Shown here piece by piece: positions 1-8,874 of a stretch of 38,876 bases of DNA. The position numbers and the translations under genes are program-made. The notes below the pieces were generated by a model. The model was not told the origin of the DNA. It saw only the letters and a list, made by a program, of their open reading frames with translations, and ran no database searches. How positions within the stretch are numbered: the stretch's first letter is position 1; the number at the start of each line of letters is the position of its first letter. Origin of the DNA: a virus (lineage: Duplodnaviria > Caudoviricetes); IMG/VR virus record IMGVR_UViG_3300014656_006087, positions 1-38,876 of that record. One strand, 5' to 3'.

Positions 1-969
1 ATGGCCAGAAATCTCGTCTCTCAAATGAAGAGCGTCTGGAGCGCATCGCAGATTCTGGCGGTGGGTGCCAGCCGGTTTGAAGAGAAGCGGGAAGCGCGCG
101 CGCAACTTGCTGACCATGGCAAAGGTGCGACTTCGGCGAGGATGGCAGAACGAACGCGGATAACGAGCTACCGCGCCTATGACCTGTACAAGGGCGTTAG
201 CATCGACTTCGCACGCTTCCTTGCGGCCAGCGGCGTCAAGCAGGTCGCCGACATCCGCCCAGCGCACGCGGAAGCGTTCCTGCGAACCAAGATGACCTTG
301 GGGGCATCATGCAACACCCTCCGGACGGTTGCCGCCGCGCTTGGCAAGCTTGATGCCGCGTTGGCGCGGTGCCCGAAGAAGATGCACATACCCGCCGAAG
401 CCCGCCTCAAGGATGGCATCGAAGTAGCGCGTCGGGACTTCAACGCGACGGCTCCTCGCCTTGATACCACGCGACGCGCCTACGCAGGCCCTGCGCGCCT
501 GGTGGAGACAGTCAAGTTGTCCGCTCACCGTCTCGCTGCAGAACTTCAATTCAAGGCCGGTTTTCGGATTTCAGAAGTGCAGGGCATCACGAGAGCAGAC
601 CTGCTCGGTGTGGTGCGTGACCCTGTCACTGGGGCTCTCGCGGGGCGCGTTCACGTAAATGGGAAGGGGGGCTTTGAGCGTGTCCAGTTCGTGCCCCTCG
701 CAACATACCACGCCTTGCAAGAGGCGCTGGCGAAGGACGCGAACGCCCTGCGCTTCGGTTATGGCTCGTACCTTCGCTCACTGCGCTCGGCCTGCCATGA
801 GATGGGTGAGGCATACTCCGGCTCCCATGGCCTGAGGCATAACTACATTCAAGCATTCGTTTTGTCGGCGGCAGAAACAGGCAACCTCTCGATGCGCGGG
901 ATTCAGCGCGAGGCGATGGAGCGCGTGGGACATCATCGCGAGAGTGAACTCGCAACGTACTTCCGGTGA
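1..969 (+). CDS. Tyrosine recombinase-fold protein (possible resolvase or MpsA-like relaxase)
   Basis: Catalytic set R (GFRISE), K (GKGG), HxxR (SHGLRH), H (VGH), Y (TYFR) in 322 aa. Confidence 0.8.
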   Translation: MARNLVSQMKSVWSASQILAVGASRFEEKREARAQLADHGKGATSARMAERTRITSYRAYDLYKGVSIDFARFLAASGVKQVADIRPAHAEAFLRTKMTLGASCNTLRTVAAALGKLDAALARCPKKMHIPAEARLKDGIEVARRDFNATAPRLDTTRRAYAGPARLVETVKLSAHRLAAELQFKAGFRISEVQGITRADLLGVVRDPVTGALAGRVHVNGKGGFERVQFVPLATYHALQEALAKDANALRFGYGSYLRSLRSACHEMGEAYSGSHGLRHNYIQAFVLSAAETGNLSMRGIQREAMERVGHHRESELATYFR

Positions 970-973
970 CAAG

Positions 974-1246
974 ATGAAAACAAACGCACTGCCAGAGGCC
1001 GAAGAACGCGACCGCGCAAGAACCTTCAGACGTGCCCGTCAGGTGCGCCGTCAGACGGTGCGGGATAGGATTCGCGAATTGTGGCCGGTAGTGAGGCTCC
1101 TGCGGAGTGAAGGCTATTCTTGGCGGCGGCTACCCGCCTACTTCCATAAATTTTACGGCCTACGGCGTGTCTCCCATGTCTCATTTATCATCGTCGCTCA
1201 TGAGAAAGGGGATATCATAACAAAACCTCGTTACCAAAATAGGTAG
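974..1246 (+). CDS. Small basic, probably DNA-binding protein (90 aa)
   Basis: ATG 4 nt after the upstream stop; Arg-rich, HTH-like segment LRSEGYSWRRLPAYF. Confidence 0.55.
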   Translation: MKTNALPEAEERDRARTFRRARQVRRQTVRDRIRELWPVVRLLRSEGYSWRRLPAYFHKFYGLRRVSHVSFIIVAHEKGDIITKPRYQNR

Positions 1247-1332
1247 AGGCGGAAGAGGTTAGGTAACCAGCAGGAATGTCATGGAATTGACACGTGGTGG
1301 GCTTTGGGGCATAGTTCAAGAAAGAGGATAAA

Positions 1333-2061
1333 ATGAAAACGAAAACTACTGCTGAATTGCAAAAACTCGTTGCACAGTATGACAGCGTCATGGAAGTTAT
1401 GGAGCATAATGCTGCAAAGTCAATGAGAGATGACAATAGAGCCTATGGTGGGTTCGTGCGTGCGGCAAAAGGGAAGATGCAGGAGTTCATTACAGAGAGT
1501 CTTATTAGAGTTGCTTGGGACGTCGAAATGGCGGCAGACCCATCACGATTGATAGTCAATTCAGAAAAGATTAAGATACCAATACAAAAATCATATATTG
1601 ACGCCATCAAAGACAGTAGACTAAAAAAGTATATTACGGCGAACATGACAAGGCACACTTACGGCCTATCTGTTGATAAGCATGTTTTTATTGACAGGAA
1701 ATTTTTCCTCGGAATTGAGTGTAAGGCATACACTGAAAATGCCATGATAAAAAGAATTTTAGTTGATTTCTATTTGTTAAAGACTCGATTCCCCAATCTT
1801 CATTGTTTTTTATTCCAACTCGAAAGCCAGCTAGGTGGAGACTACTCTACGGCTGGAAGGTATCCGCTCGGTAGTTTTCCAACCCACACAATCATGTCGT
1901 ATTTCCAGAATGTTGACCTCAATATCGTTACTCTTCTAGAGGGGGAAAGGAAGGTCGACCGCCCAATAAATAAACCAGATTTTTTCAAGCCGCTTAAAGT
2001 GGAACATCTCGAAACGGCGGTTGGCTACTTGCTGGAATCGCTCAATGGGGTTTTCAAGTGA
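1333..2061 (+). CDS. ddeIR: Type II restriction endonuclease, DdeI-like (predicted CTNAG)
   Basis: Closely matches R.DdeI as I recall it (RAYGGFVRAAKGK, SVDKHVFID...GIECKAYTENAM = PD-(D/E)xK); GAGGA RBS; adjacent to a C5 MTase. Confidence 0.85.
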   Translation: MKTKTTAELQKLVAQYDSVMEVMEHNAAKSMRDDNRAYGGFVRAAKGKMQEFITESLIRVAWDVEMAADPSRLIVNSEKIKIPIQKSYIDAIKDSRLKKYITANMTRHTYGLSVDKHVFIDRKFFLGIECKAYTENAMIKRILVDFYLLKTRFPNLHCFLFQLESQLGGDYSTAGRYPLGSFPTHTIMSYFQNVDLNIVTLLEGERKVDRPINKPDFFKPLKVEHLETAVGYLLESLNGVFK

Positions 2062-3251
2062 TGAACATAGTAGATTTGTTTGCCGGTTGTGGTGGCTTCA
2101 GTCATGGCTTTAAACTGGCGGGATTCAATTCAATTCTTGCTGTTGAAAAAGACCTTTGGGCTTCGGAAACTTACGCCTTCAACAATCCCTCTGTTCATGT
2201 CGTAACCCAAGACATAACGACACTTAATGCGAGTGATTTGCCCATCAGTATTTCCGATGTCGATGGGATTATAGGTGGGCCACCGTGTCAAGGGTTTTCG
2301 CTGTCAGGCAATAGGGACTCCAAAGACCCGAGGAATAGCCTTTTTGTCGAGTTTGTTCGTTTTGTAAAGTATCTCTCTCCCAAGTTTTTCGTCATGGAAA
2401 ACGTGCTTGGCCTATTATCAATGAAAACAAAAAGTCGCCAATGCGTGAAAGATATCGTCTCTGATGAGTTCTGTAATGCTGGGTATAAGGTCTGCACTAT
2501 CATCCTGAACGCTTGTGACTACGGTGTGCCACAATCACGGCAGAGGGTCTTTTTTGTCGGTGTAAAGGCGAACTATCCACTTAACCCGAGGCTTCTCACC
2601 CCGCCCATCAAGCGTGCAGCTCAGCAGTATGTCTCACTTGCAGACGCTATTAGCGACTTGCCTGTGATTGAAGCTGGTTGCGGCTTAGAAACACAGCAGT
2701 ATCCGATGCCGCCGCAGAATGAATACCAGTCTATGGTGAGAGCAGATTCTCTTCTGGTTCATAATCATGTTGCTATGCGCCACACGCAAAGACTTGTTGA
2801 CAGGTTTTCGACTATTGGGTTTGGTCAGTCTGTTAAACACGCTTCTGAAGAGCATTCACAAAGAAAACGCGGTGATGCGAATTCGATTAGTGGGAAGGTT
2901 TTTTCTCAAAATAACATGCGCCCTTACCCTGACAAGCCATGTCCAACAGTTGCGGCAAGCTTTCAGAGTAATTTTATCCATCCATTCCACAATAGAAATT
3001 TCACAGCCAGAGAAGGAGCCAGAATCCAGTCATTCCCTGACACATATATCTTTAAGGGTAAGCGAACAACAATGTCTTGGGAAAAGCATCTTTCGCAATA
3101 CCAACAAATCGGGAATGCGGTTCCACCATTGCTTGCAAGAGCGTTGGCAGAAAGGATATTGTGGTATTTTGATAATATTGACACAATCGGCGACCAGTAC
3201 AGTCCGGTCAAGGAAGCGGCCCAGCATTCCTTGCTGGCCTATTCTGTATAG
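2058..3251 (+). CDS. ddeIM: DNA (cytosine-5)-methyltransferase, M.DdeI-like
   Basis: Motifs DLFAGCGG, GGPPCQGFS, MENV, QSRQRVF, QIGNAVPP; TRD matches recalled M.DdeI; GTGA overlap with R stop (ATG at 2061 is an alternative start). Confidence 0.92.
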   Translation: MMNIVDLFAGCGGFSHGFKLAGFNSILAVEKDLWASETYAFNNPSVHVVTQDITTLNASDLPISISDVDGIIGGPPCQGFSLSGNRDSKDPRNSLFVEFVRFVKYLSPKFFVMENVLGLLSMKTKSRQCVKDIVSDEFCNAGYKVCTIILNACDYGVPQSRQRVFFVGVKANYPLNPRLLTPPIKRAAQQYVSLADAISDLPVIEAGCGLETQQYPMPPQNEYQSMVRADSLLVHNHVAMRHTQRLVDRFSTIGFGQSVKHASEEHSQRKRGDANSISGKVFSQNNMRPYPDKPCPTVAASFQSNFIHPFHNRNFTAREGARIQSFPDTYIFKGKRTTMSWEKHLSQYQQIGNAVPPLLARALAERILWYFDNIDTIGDQYSPVKEAAQHSLLAYSV

Positions 3252-3330
3252 GTTTGTTTCGTGGTTGCGTGGTCAGTCGCATCCACGGCTGACGGACATA
3301 ATCTCTTTCAATAGTATTGTGCTAGAAATG

Positions 3331-3369
3331 AAATACCCCCTTTGAGAGTTCCTCAAAAGAGGGTATTTT
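3331..3369. terminator. Hairpin between convergent MTase and integrase genes, possible bidirectional terminator
   Basis: Imperfect inverted repeat AAATACCCCCTTTGAG / CTCAAAAGAGGGTATTT. Confidence 0.5.
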
Positions 3370-3470
3370 CGTAAGTGGGGTGAGAGTGATTGGACTTTTG
3401 CCCAATGCGTTGTGAATGAATATGCCTAACAGGTCGTCTACAATTTGGCTACCTGCGCACCGGGTAAACG

Positions 3471-4703
3471 TCAAGCGTGGCGGAATGCCGCCGGTGGGGT
3501 GCAGTCGGCATTGACGTTGCCATCCCTCAATTCGTCGAGGTGGTCAGCCCAAGCCTGCATGAGCACTTTTCGCTGCGGGAGGTATTTGGCGAAGTCGTAT
3601 GCGCGCCGAACCTTGCTCCCCTTTGCGTGGGCGAGTTGCACGTCAATGTGGTCTTTGTCCCAGCCTTGAAGGGCAAGATTCGTGAAGGCTTGCGACCGGA
3701 AGCCGTGTCCTGTCATCTCGTCGGCCGTGTAGCCGAGGCGACGCAGGGCAGCGTTTACGGTGTTCTCTGACATGCACCGGCTTTTTGTGCGGGCACCGGG
3801 GAAGGCATAGCTCCATTGTCCGGTCAGCTTGTGTAGCTCGAGGAGAATTGCAAGTGCCTGCCGAGACAAAGGGACAAGGTGCGTCGCCTCCATTTTCATC
3901 TTACTCGCAGGGATGGTCCAAAGCGCTTTATCAAAGTTGACCTCTGACCACTCCATGCGCCGGAGTTCTCCGGGCCGTACAAAGGTCAGGGGTGCGAGTT
4001 TGAGCGCGCAACAAACGACAAATGTACCGTGATAGTTGTCAATATCGCGGAGAAGTGCGCCAATTCCTTGCGGGTCGTGGATGCTGGCAAAGTGATTCTC
4101 TCGGGCCGGCGGGACTGAGCCTCGGAGGACTTCGGCGGGGTTGGTGGTGAGCCTCCCTGTGGCAATAGCGTAGCGGTATATTTGGTTGCACTTTTGGATT
4201 TGGCGGCGTGCTGTTTCAATCGCACCACGCTTTACCATCCGCTCAATCACCATGTTGAGCTCGCGGGTTGTGATTTCCCTGATTGGCCGGTTGCCGATGA
4301 ATGGGTAAATGTTGAGTTCAAGACGGCGTAGGATATCATCGGCGGAGCTTTGAGACAGCTTGCCCTTGTACTTCCCAAACCACTCGTTGGCGACAACCAA
4401 AAAGGTTTCGGAGTTGGCAACAATCTCTGCCTGCACCGCTTTCTTTGCCGCAGACGGGTCTTCGCCATGCGCCAACAGTTTGCGCGCATCGTCCCGGCGC
4501 TCACGTGCTTCTGCAAGTGTGATGGTGGGGTAAATGCCCAGGGAGAGGCGTTTCTCTTTGCCGCCGAAGCGATATTTGAGTCGCCACAGCTTGCTCCCGG
4601 TTGGTGAGACCTCAAGGTAGAGGCCACCACCGTCAAACAGCCTTTTCGCTTTGGGGCCGGCCTTGGCGTTGCGAATGGCGACATCAGTAAGCTTGCTGGG
4701 CAC
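3471..4703 (-). CDS. P4-family tyrosine integrase with arm-binding domain
   Basis: N-terminus KLTDVAIRNAK...DGGGLYLEV...LGIYP; VRPGE, GHGFR, LAH, AY motifs; GTG start at 4703 with GGAGGA RBS. Confidence 0.93.
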   Translation of the reverse strand: MPSKLTDVAIRNAKAGPKAKRLFDGGGLYLEVSPTGSKLWRLKYRFGGKEKRLSLGIYPTITLAEARERRDDARKLLAHGEDPSAAKKAVQAEIVANSETFLVVANEWFGKYKGKLSQSSADDILRRLELNIYPFIGNRPIREITTRELNMVIERMVKRGAIETARRQIQKCNQIYRYAIATGRLTTNPAEVLRGSVPPARENHFASIHDPQGIGALLRDIDNYHGTFVVCCALKLAPLTFVRPGELRRMEWSEVNFDKALWTIPASKMKMEATHLVPLSRQALAILLELHKLTGQWSYAFPGARTKSRCMSENTVNAALRRLGYTADEMTGHGFRSQAFTNLALQGWDKDHIDVQLAHAKGSKVRRAYDFAKYLPQRKVLMQAWADHLDELRDGNVNADCTPPAAFRHA

Positions 4704-4763
4704 GGGGGCATCCTCCGGTTGCTGTGGAAGAATTTTGCTCCAATGCCCCCACCGATGCCCCCA
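4703..4763. repeat. Putative integrase arm-type sites
   Basis: ATGCCCCCA direct repeats at 4743-4751 and 4755-4763 plus an inverted copy at 4703-4711, between att and int start as is typical for P4-type islands. Confidence 0.55.
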
Positions 4764-4876
4764 AATGGGGCTAGATGTCAATAGGTAAACCTAGACAAAC
4801 CTGGGCTGGTTTGTTGGTTAAACTAGCGTATTTCCTTAAAGAATAGACAAATATGGAGGACTGTGGATTTTAAGAC

Positions 4877-4905
4877 TGGCGGAGAGGGTGGGATTTGAAC
4901 CCACG
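4877..4905 (-). other. att site: 3' fragment of a tRNA (likely tRNA-Ser)
   Basis: Minus strand reads CGTGGGTTCAAATCCCACCCTCTCCGCCA (T-arm, acceptor strand, G discriminator, CCA); no 5' half; flanked by two integrases. Confidence 0.85.
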
Positions 4906-4924
4906 TACGTACTTATAATTTCAG

Positions 4925-6097
4925 CTACTTACAAGCCTTGTGCCCAACCGGCGCCATACTGACCACCTTGCCAGCGCGCATCTCGTTGAGCTTTTCGGTA
5001 ATGGCGCGCTGGGGCTTGGCCTCGCCGCGGACGTACCGCTCGAAGGCCTTGTTCGTGCCGTGCATGGTGCCGTTCTGGCGCAGCTCGTCCTTGCCGAAGT
5101 GCTCGCCCAGGGCGGTGGCCGACGAGTGCCGGGTGCCGCCGTAGAGGTCGACGCCTTCGATATTGAGCTCGGCGCAGGCCCGGCGCCACCAGCGCCACAG
5201 AACGTTGTGGCTCATCATGTCCCCGGACTCGGCCGTCCCGGACTTCTTCTCGTGGCGGAAGAAGGGGAGCTTCTTGTTCAGCACCTTGGGCAGGGAGCAC
5301 ACGAGCGCGATGTCTTCCTCCAACAGGGGGATCAACTTCGGCTTGCGCTCCTTCGCCGTGGCCGGGCGCACCACGAGGAGCCCGCCCACGTTCACGTCCT
5401 CTTCGCGCAGGTTGCGCATTTCGACCGGCCGGATGGCGATGTAGGTCGCCAGCCAGCGGATGGCCAGGGCCACGCGGAAGGGCGCGATCTCGTCGAGCTT
5501 GTCGAGGATCTGGACCTGGATGTCGAGGGTGATGATCTCGCGCCAGCCGAGGGTGAACTTCACGTCCGGGAACTCCGGGATGGGCACGCCCTCGCGCTTG
5601 CTCGCCCACTTCCAGAACGTCTCCAGGCAGGTCTTATCGTTGTAGACGGTCTTCTCGGAGTGGGTTTCGCCGGTTTCCAGGAACAGGTCTTCGAGGTCGC
5701 CGAAGGAGATGGTCTTGGCGTTACGGTCTCCCCAGGCGGCCTTCGCCCTGTTCATGGTGGCCTTGTAGGGTTTCATCGTCCCTGGTGCGACTGTTTTCGC
5801 CTTGGCCTCAAGCCAGGAGTCGGCGAGCTTGTCGAAGGCCAGGGGCTGGTCAAACTGGTAGTCCCTGGGGTCGAGAGTGCCTTCGTCATCCTTGAAGCGG
5901 ATGCCGGTCAGGAACCGTTCCGCCTGCCGGATGTTGGGAAACCGCCGCTCGATGGAGCGGCCGTAGACCACCTTGAACTTCGTCGTCCCGACTTGATCCG
6001 GGTGCGCCTCGCAAGCGCAGACCCCGGCCCGCCCGTCGTAGACCAGGCCGCCGCCGCAGAGCGGGCACCGCTGCTGGCAATAGATGTTGCCCTTCAT
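4925..6097 (-). CDS. int: Prophage tyrosine integrase
   Basis: IRPVE, GGTRHS, HGT, ERY motifs; ends 19 nt from att; N-terminal CxxC...CxxH; GGAGGG RBS (ATG at 6103 is an alternative start). Confidence 0.85.
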   Translation of the reverse strand: MKGNIYCQQRCPLCGGGLVYDGRAGVCACEAHPDQVGTTKFKVVYGRSIERRFPNIRQAERFLTGIRFKDDEGTLDPRDYQFDQPLAFDKLADSWLEAKAKTVAPGTMKPYKATMNRAKAAWGDRNAKTISFGDLEDLFLETGETHSEKTVYNDKTCLETFWKWASKREGVPIPEFPDVKFTLGWREIITLDIQVQILDKLDEIAPFRVALAIRWLATYIAIRPVEMRNLREEDVNVGGLLVVRPATAKERKPKLIPLLEEDIALVCSLPKVLNKKLPFFRHEKKSGTAESGDMMSHNVLWRWWRRACAELNIEGVDLYGGTRHSSATALGEHFGKDELRQNGTMHGTNKAFERYVRGEAKPQRAITEKLNEMRAGKVVSMAPVGHKACK

Positions 6098-6190
6098 GAC
6101 CATGCCCTCCTGGGTGCGGGAGGTAGCACGGCCATCGCGGCGGTGTAAACGGGCCTGGGGCAAAACGTCCTTCTCCGATCCCGTCGGGGC

Positions 6191-6382
6191 TTACTTCAGG
6201 CCCGGCAGGAACGGCCAGCGGTAGGAAACGTCCCCGGTCGACACGACGACTTCGCGCCCAGGCTTGCCGTCCTTGCGGATCACGCGGCCGAGGAGAACCT
6301 TGCTCCCGGCGACGTCGACGTGGATCTCACCGCTCTTGTGGCGGCGTGAGAAGATGCGGTCGCCGTAGTTGTAGCGGCTCAT
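6191..6382 (-). CDS. Hypothetical phage protein (63 aa, MSRYNYGD...)
   Basis: ATGA-coupled to upstream ORF, GGAG RBS; position directly before int is compatible with an excisionase (unproven). Confidence 0.55.
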   Translation of the reverse strand: MSRYNYGDRIFSRRHKSGEIHVDVAGSKVLLGRVIRKDGKPGREVVVSTGDVSYRWPFLPGLK

Positions 6383-6579
6383 GCGGTCGCTCCTCCCACG
6401 ATGCGGTACACCCCGTTCTCCTCGGTCATGAGCCCTGCCTGAATCTGGAGCCCGAGGGCCTTCTCGATGGCCAGTTGCCCGTAGTTGATCCGATTGCAGA
6501 GCCAGCCGATGGTGCAGCCTTCCGGCCCGGCCCGGCGCACGTTGCCGATGATGACGATGAGCATGGGGTCGCGCTTCAT
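6379..6579 (-). CDS. Hypothetical, winged-helix-like small protein
   Basis: ATGA overlaps at both ends, operon position. Confidence 0.55.
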   Translation of the reverse strand: MKRDPMLIVIIGNVRRAGPEGCTIGWLCNRINYGQLAIEKALGLQIQAGLMTEENGVYRIVGGATA

Positions 6580-7499
6580 GCGGGCATCTCCTCCCAGGTC
6601 CGGCCGTCCAACTCGCGGCCAGCGAACGTCTTGCCGACACGCTGCATGGGGTAGCCATCGTCAGCCCTGCGGCCTTCCTGGGTGAGTCGGATGCAGGTTT
6701 CCCCGTCCGTGGGCCACTCCCCATCATCCGCTTCCAGTCCGACCCAGGCCCCGTGCTGCTTGAAGAAGAACGGCACGCCAGATGCCACGGAGTCGTCGCG
6801 CAGTCGCCGCGGCCAGTCCGGGTGCATGGGCCGCGCGCCGGGGCCGGTCTCGCCGCCGCAGATGATCCAGTCGAGGTCGCCGGGCGAACACATGAGGCCT
6901 AAACCATCGCGCAGGTCCACCGGCCCGAGCATGGGCTCGATGGAGACGAAGCGCTTGGCCGCCGGTGTGGAGAGCAGGAAGGGCACGGAGCGGTCGGCGC
7001 TGGCCTGGTCCCAGATGGTGGTCCCCAGCCAGACGTTGGGGAGCGCGCTGCCGCCATTGAATGCAGCACGGACACGGTTCGCGCCGTCCACGCCAAAGCG
7101 GGACCCCGCCACTTCGATGATGCTGTCCTGGAGGTTCTCGAGGCACAGGAACTCGTGAGCCCGCTCCGGGCGCTTGGTGAGCAGCAGGAAGGTCTGTCGT
7201 GGGCTCAAGGCCATGACGGCGAAGATGCAGAGGATCCACTCATCGCGCACATCGCTGTGGAACAGGTCGGCCATAGAGCAGACGAACACGCGCGAAGGCT
7301 TGTTCCAACTGATGGGCTCAAAGAGCCTGTCCTGGTGCCAGGTCACTTTGAAGGGGTCGAGCGTCGGGTAGCCGCAGCGCCCGGCCAGACGCTTGCTCAT
7401 GCGCTCGGCGTAGCAGTTGTCGCAGGCGTCGCTGCATTTGCTGCACCCGGTTACGGGGTTCCAGACGCGGTCGGCCCATTCGATTCGTGTGGTTGCCAT
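6576..7499 (-). CDS. Phage Gp37/Gp68 (DUF5131) family protein
   Basis: TRIEWAD..WNPVTGCSKCSDACDNCYA, LLTKRPER, SIEPMLG, WIICGGETG, FFFKQHG. Confidence 0.9.
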   Translation of the reverse strand: MATTRIEWADRVWNPVTGCSKCSDACDNCYAERMSKRLAGRCGYPTLDPFKVTWHQDRLFEPISWNKPSRVFVCSMADLFHSDVRDEWILCIFAVMALSPRQTFLLLTKRPERAHEFLCLENLQDSIIEVAGSRFGVDGANRVRAAFNGGSALPNVWLGTTIWDQASADRSVPFLLSTPAAKRFVSIEPMLGPVDLRDGLGLMCSPGDLDWIICGGETGPGARPMHPDWPRRLRDDSVASGVPFFFKQHGAWVGLEADDGEWPTDGETCIRLTQEGRRADDGYPMQRVGKTFAGRELDGRTWEEMPA

Positions 7500-7502
7500 G
7501 GT

Positions 7503-7739
7503 CTACGCCCCCTTCTCGCGCAGCTTCTCGCCGCAGAACGGACAGTAGGTGTGGGCCAGGATTGCCGTCTCTTCCTTCTTCTGGCCGACCAATGCGATCT
7601 TGACCTCGGTGTAGGTGTCCTCGCCGCCCCTGCTTAAATTGAGGCAGGTCTGGAGCTGGATGCTCTCGACGGGCTTCTTGAACTTCCCGTCGTAGTGTTC
7701 GCGCAGCCTCTTGGTCATTTCGTCGATGCAGTTGCACAT
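7503..7739 (-). CDS. Small Cys-containing phage protein
   Basis: MCNC...YCPFCG, GAGG RBS. Confidence 0.7.
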   Translation of the reverse strand: MCNCIDEMTKRLREHYDGKFKKPVESIQLQTCLNLSRGGEDTYTEVKIALVGQKKEETAILAHTYCPFCGEKLREKGA

Positions 7740-7793
7740 GGCGCGATGCCTCCTCGTTGAAGCGCCCCCGGTGTCCAGGGGCGCTGTTGCGTT

Positions 7794-8348
7794 CTACTGT
7801 CCCAGCGCCGCCAAGGCCTCTGACTCTTTGCAGGGCATCAGCCAGGGCGGTGGCGTCGGCATGCTCCCGTTCTGGGAGTCGCCGTTGCCGGTGGGCACCT
7901 TGACGACGATGACGCCGTCCTTGAAGCCGCCAGCGGTGCGGGCGAAGCGTCTCCCGACGAAGACATCGTGCTCCATGCCGCATTGCGCCACGGCGAACTT
8001 GACCCGGTGGATGCTGCTCTTGTTCAGCACGTCCAGGGCCGCCTGGAGTTCTTTGCCCAGCTTGGTCCCCAGGCGCGGGGCGTAGGCGTGCCCCTCGTCA
8101 ACGAGGCAATCCAACTTCAGGCCCTTCGCTCTTGCCGCCTTGTCGTCCAGGCGTTCCTTGAACACCGGGCCACTGACGCTGGGAGGCCCGGTGAAGTGGT
8201 GGGTCTGCCAGACGTTCTCGTATCCGCGCTCTTCCTTGAAGGCGTTCGACGCCTCCAAGAACGTAGTGTACTTCTCGTTGGCCACCGCTATGATGGCCTC
8301 GGCCTCCGGACCCCTGCCGATGAAGTGCTGGTAGATGATCTCGCTCAT
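7794..8348 (-). CDS. Hypothetical phage early protein
   Basis: 184-aa ORF in the early operon with plausible composition. Confidence 0.65.
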   Translation of the reverse strand: MSEIIYQHFIGRGPEAEAIIAVANEKYTTFLEASNAFKEERGYENVWQTHHFTGPPSVSGPVFKERLDDKAARAKGLKLDCLVDEGHAYAPRLGTKLGKELQAALDVLNKSSIHRVKFAVAQCGMEHDVFVGRRFARTAGGFKDGVIVVKVPTGNGDSQNGSMPTPPPWLMPCKESEALAALGQ

Positions 8349-8363
8349 GATGCCCCCCCCGGC

Positions 8364-8861
8364 CTACATGGTGAAGTTACTGGCGGACAGATCCGCGCTC
8401 ATGTCGCGGAGCTGGCCCTGCAGGTTCTTGATGGTCTCGCGCGACTTGGCCAGCTCGGTCATGCTGGCGGACTTGGCCAGGGCGAATTCGTCTGCGGTCA
8501 TGCGCGCCATGCGCAGCGCGTCGGTGATCGCGTCGACGGTGTCCTGCAGCACGACGGTCATGTCGTTGAGCCTGCTCTCCACGCGGGCAACCGCGGCGGG
8601 CGCGGCCTCGCCGATGAACTTTGGACCCTGGCCGGTGAGAGCCCAGTCGGGCATGACCTGGTGCGAGCGCATGAGCTTGAGCAGCCACTCCGGCGGAATG
8701 CTCGCCCGGCGCTTGGCGTCGGAGATCGAGGACTGCCGGACTTCGATTACCTCGGCCAGCCGCACCTGGGTGGTTGCGCCGGTGACTCCCACGATGCGGG
8801 CCATGGCGGCCTCGTAGGCGGCCACACGTTCGGGGGTGAGTTCGATCTTGACCTTTGCCAT
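8364..8861 (-). CDS. CI-type HTH protein with C-terminal coiled coil
   Basis: TQVRLAEVIEVRQSSISDAKRRASIPPEWL...PDWALTGQG resembles the phage CI repressor HTH domain; GGAG RBS. Confidence 0.8.
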   Translation of the reverse strand: MAKVKIELTPERVAAYEAAMARIVGVTGATTQVRLAEVIEVRQSSISDAKRRASIPPEWLLKLMRSHQVMPDWALTGQGPKFIGEAAPAAVARVESRLNDMTVVLQDTVDAITDALRMARMTADEFALAKSASMTELAKSRETIKNLQGQLRDMSADLSASNFTM

Positions 8862-8874
8862 GTGTTTCTCCTCC

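Larger units (their letters stand above)
1..4876. mobile_element. Right-hand part of a tRNA-targeting genomic island / putative integrative mobilizable element carrying a DdeI-like R-M system
   Basis: P4-family integrase transcribed away from a tRNA 3'-end fragment, low-GC cargo, second recombinase-fold gene; left end is outside the window. Confidence 0.75.

Noticed and set aside
1-4876. P4-like or PICI phage satellite
   Set aside because: Only the integrase is P4-type; no alpA, primase, sid, psu or delta within the window
4877-4905. Complete tRNA gene
   Set aside because: Only T-arm and acceptor 3' strand present; the adjacent sequence is the integrase end
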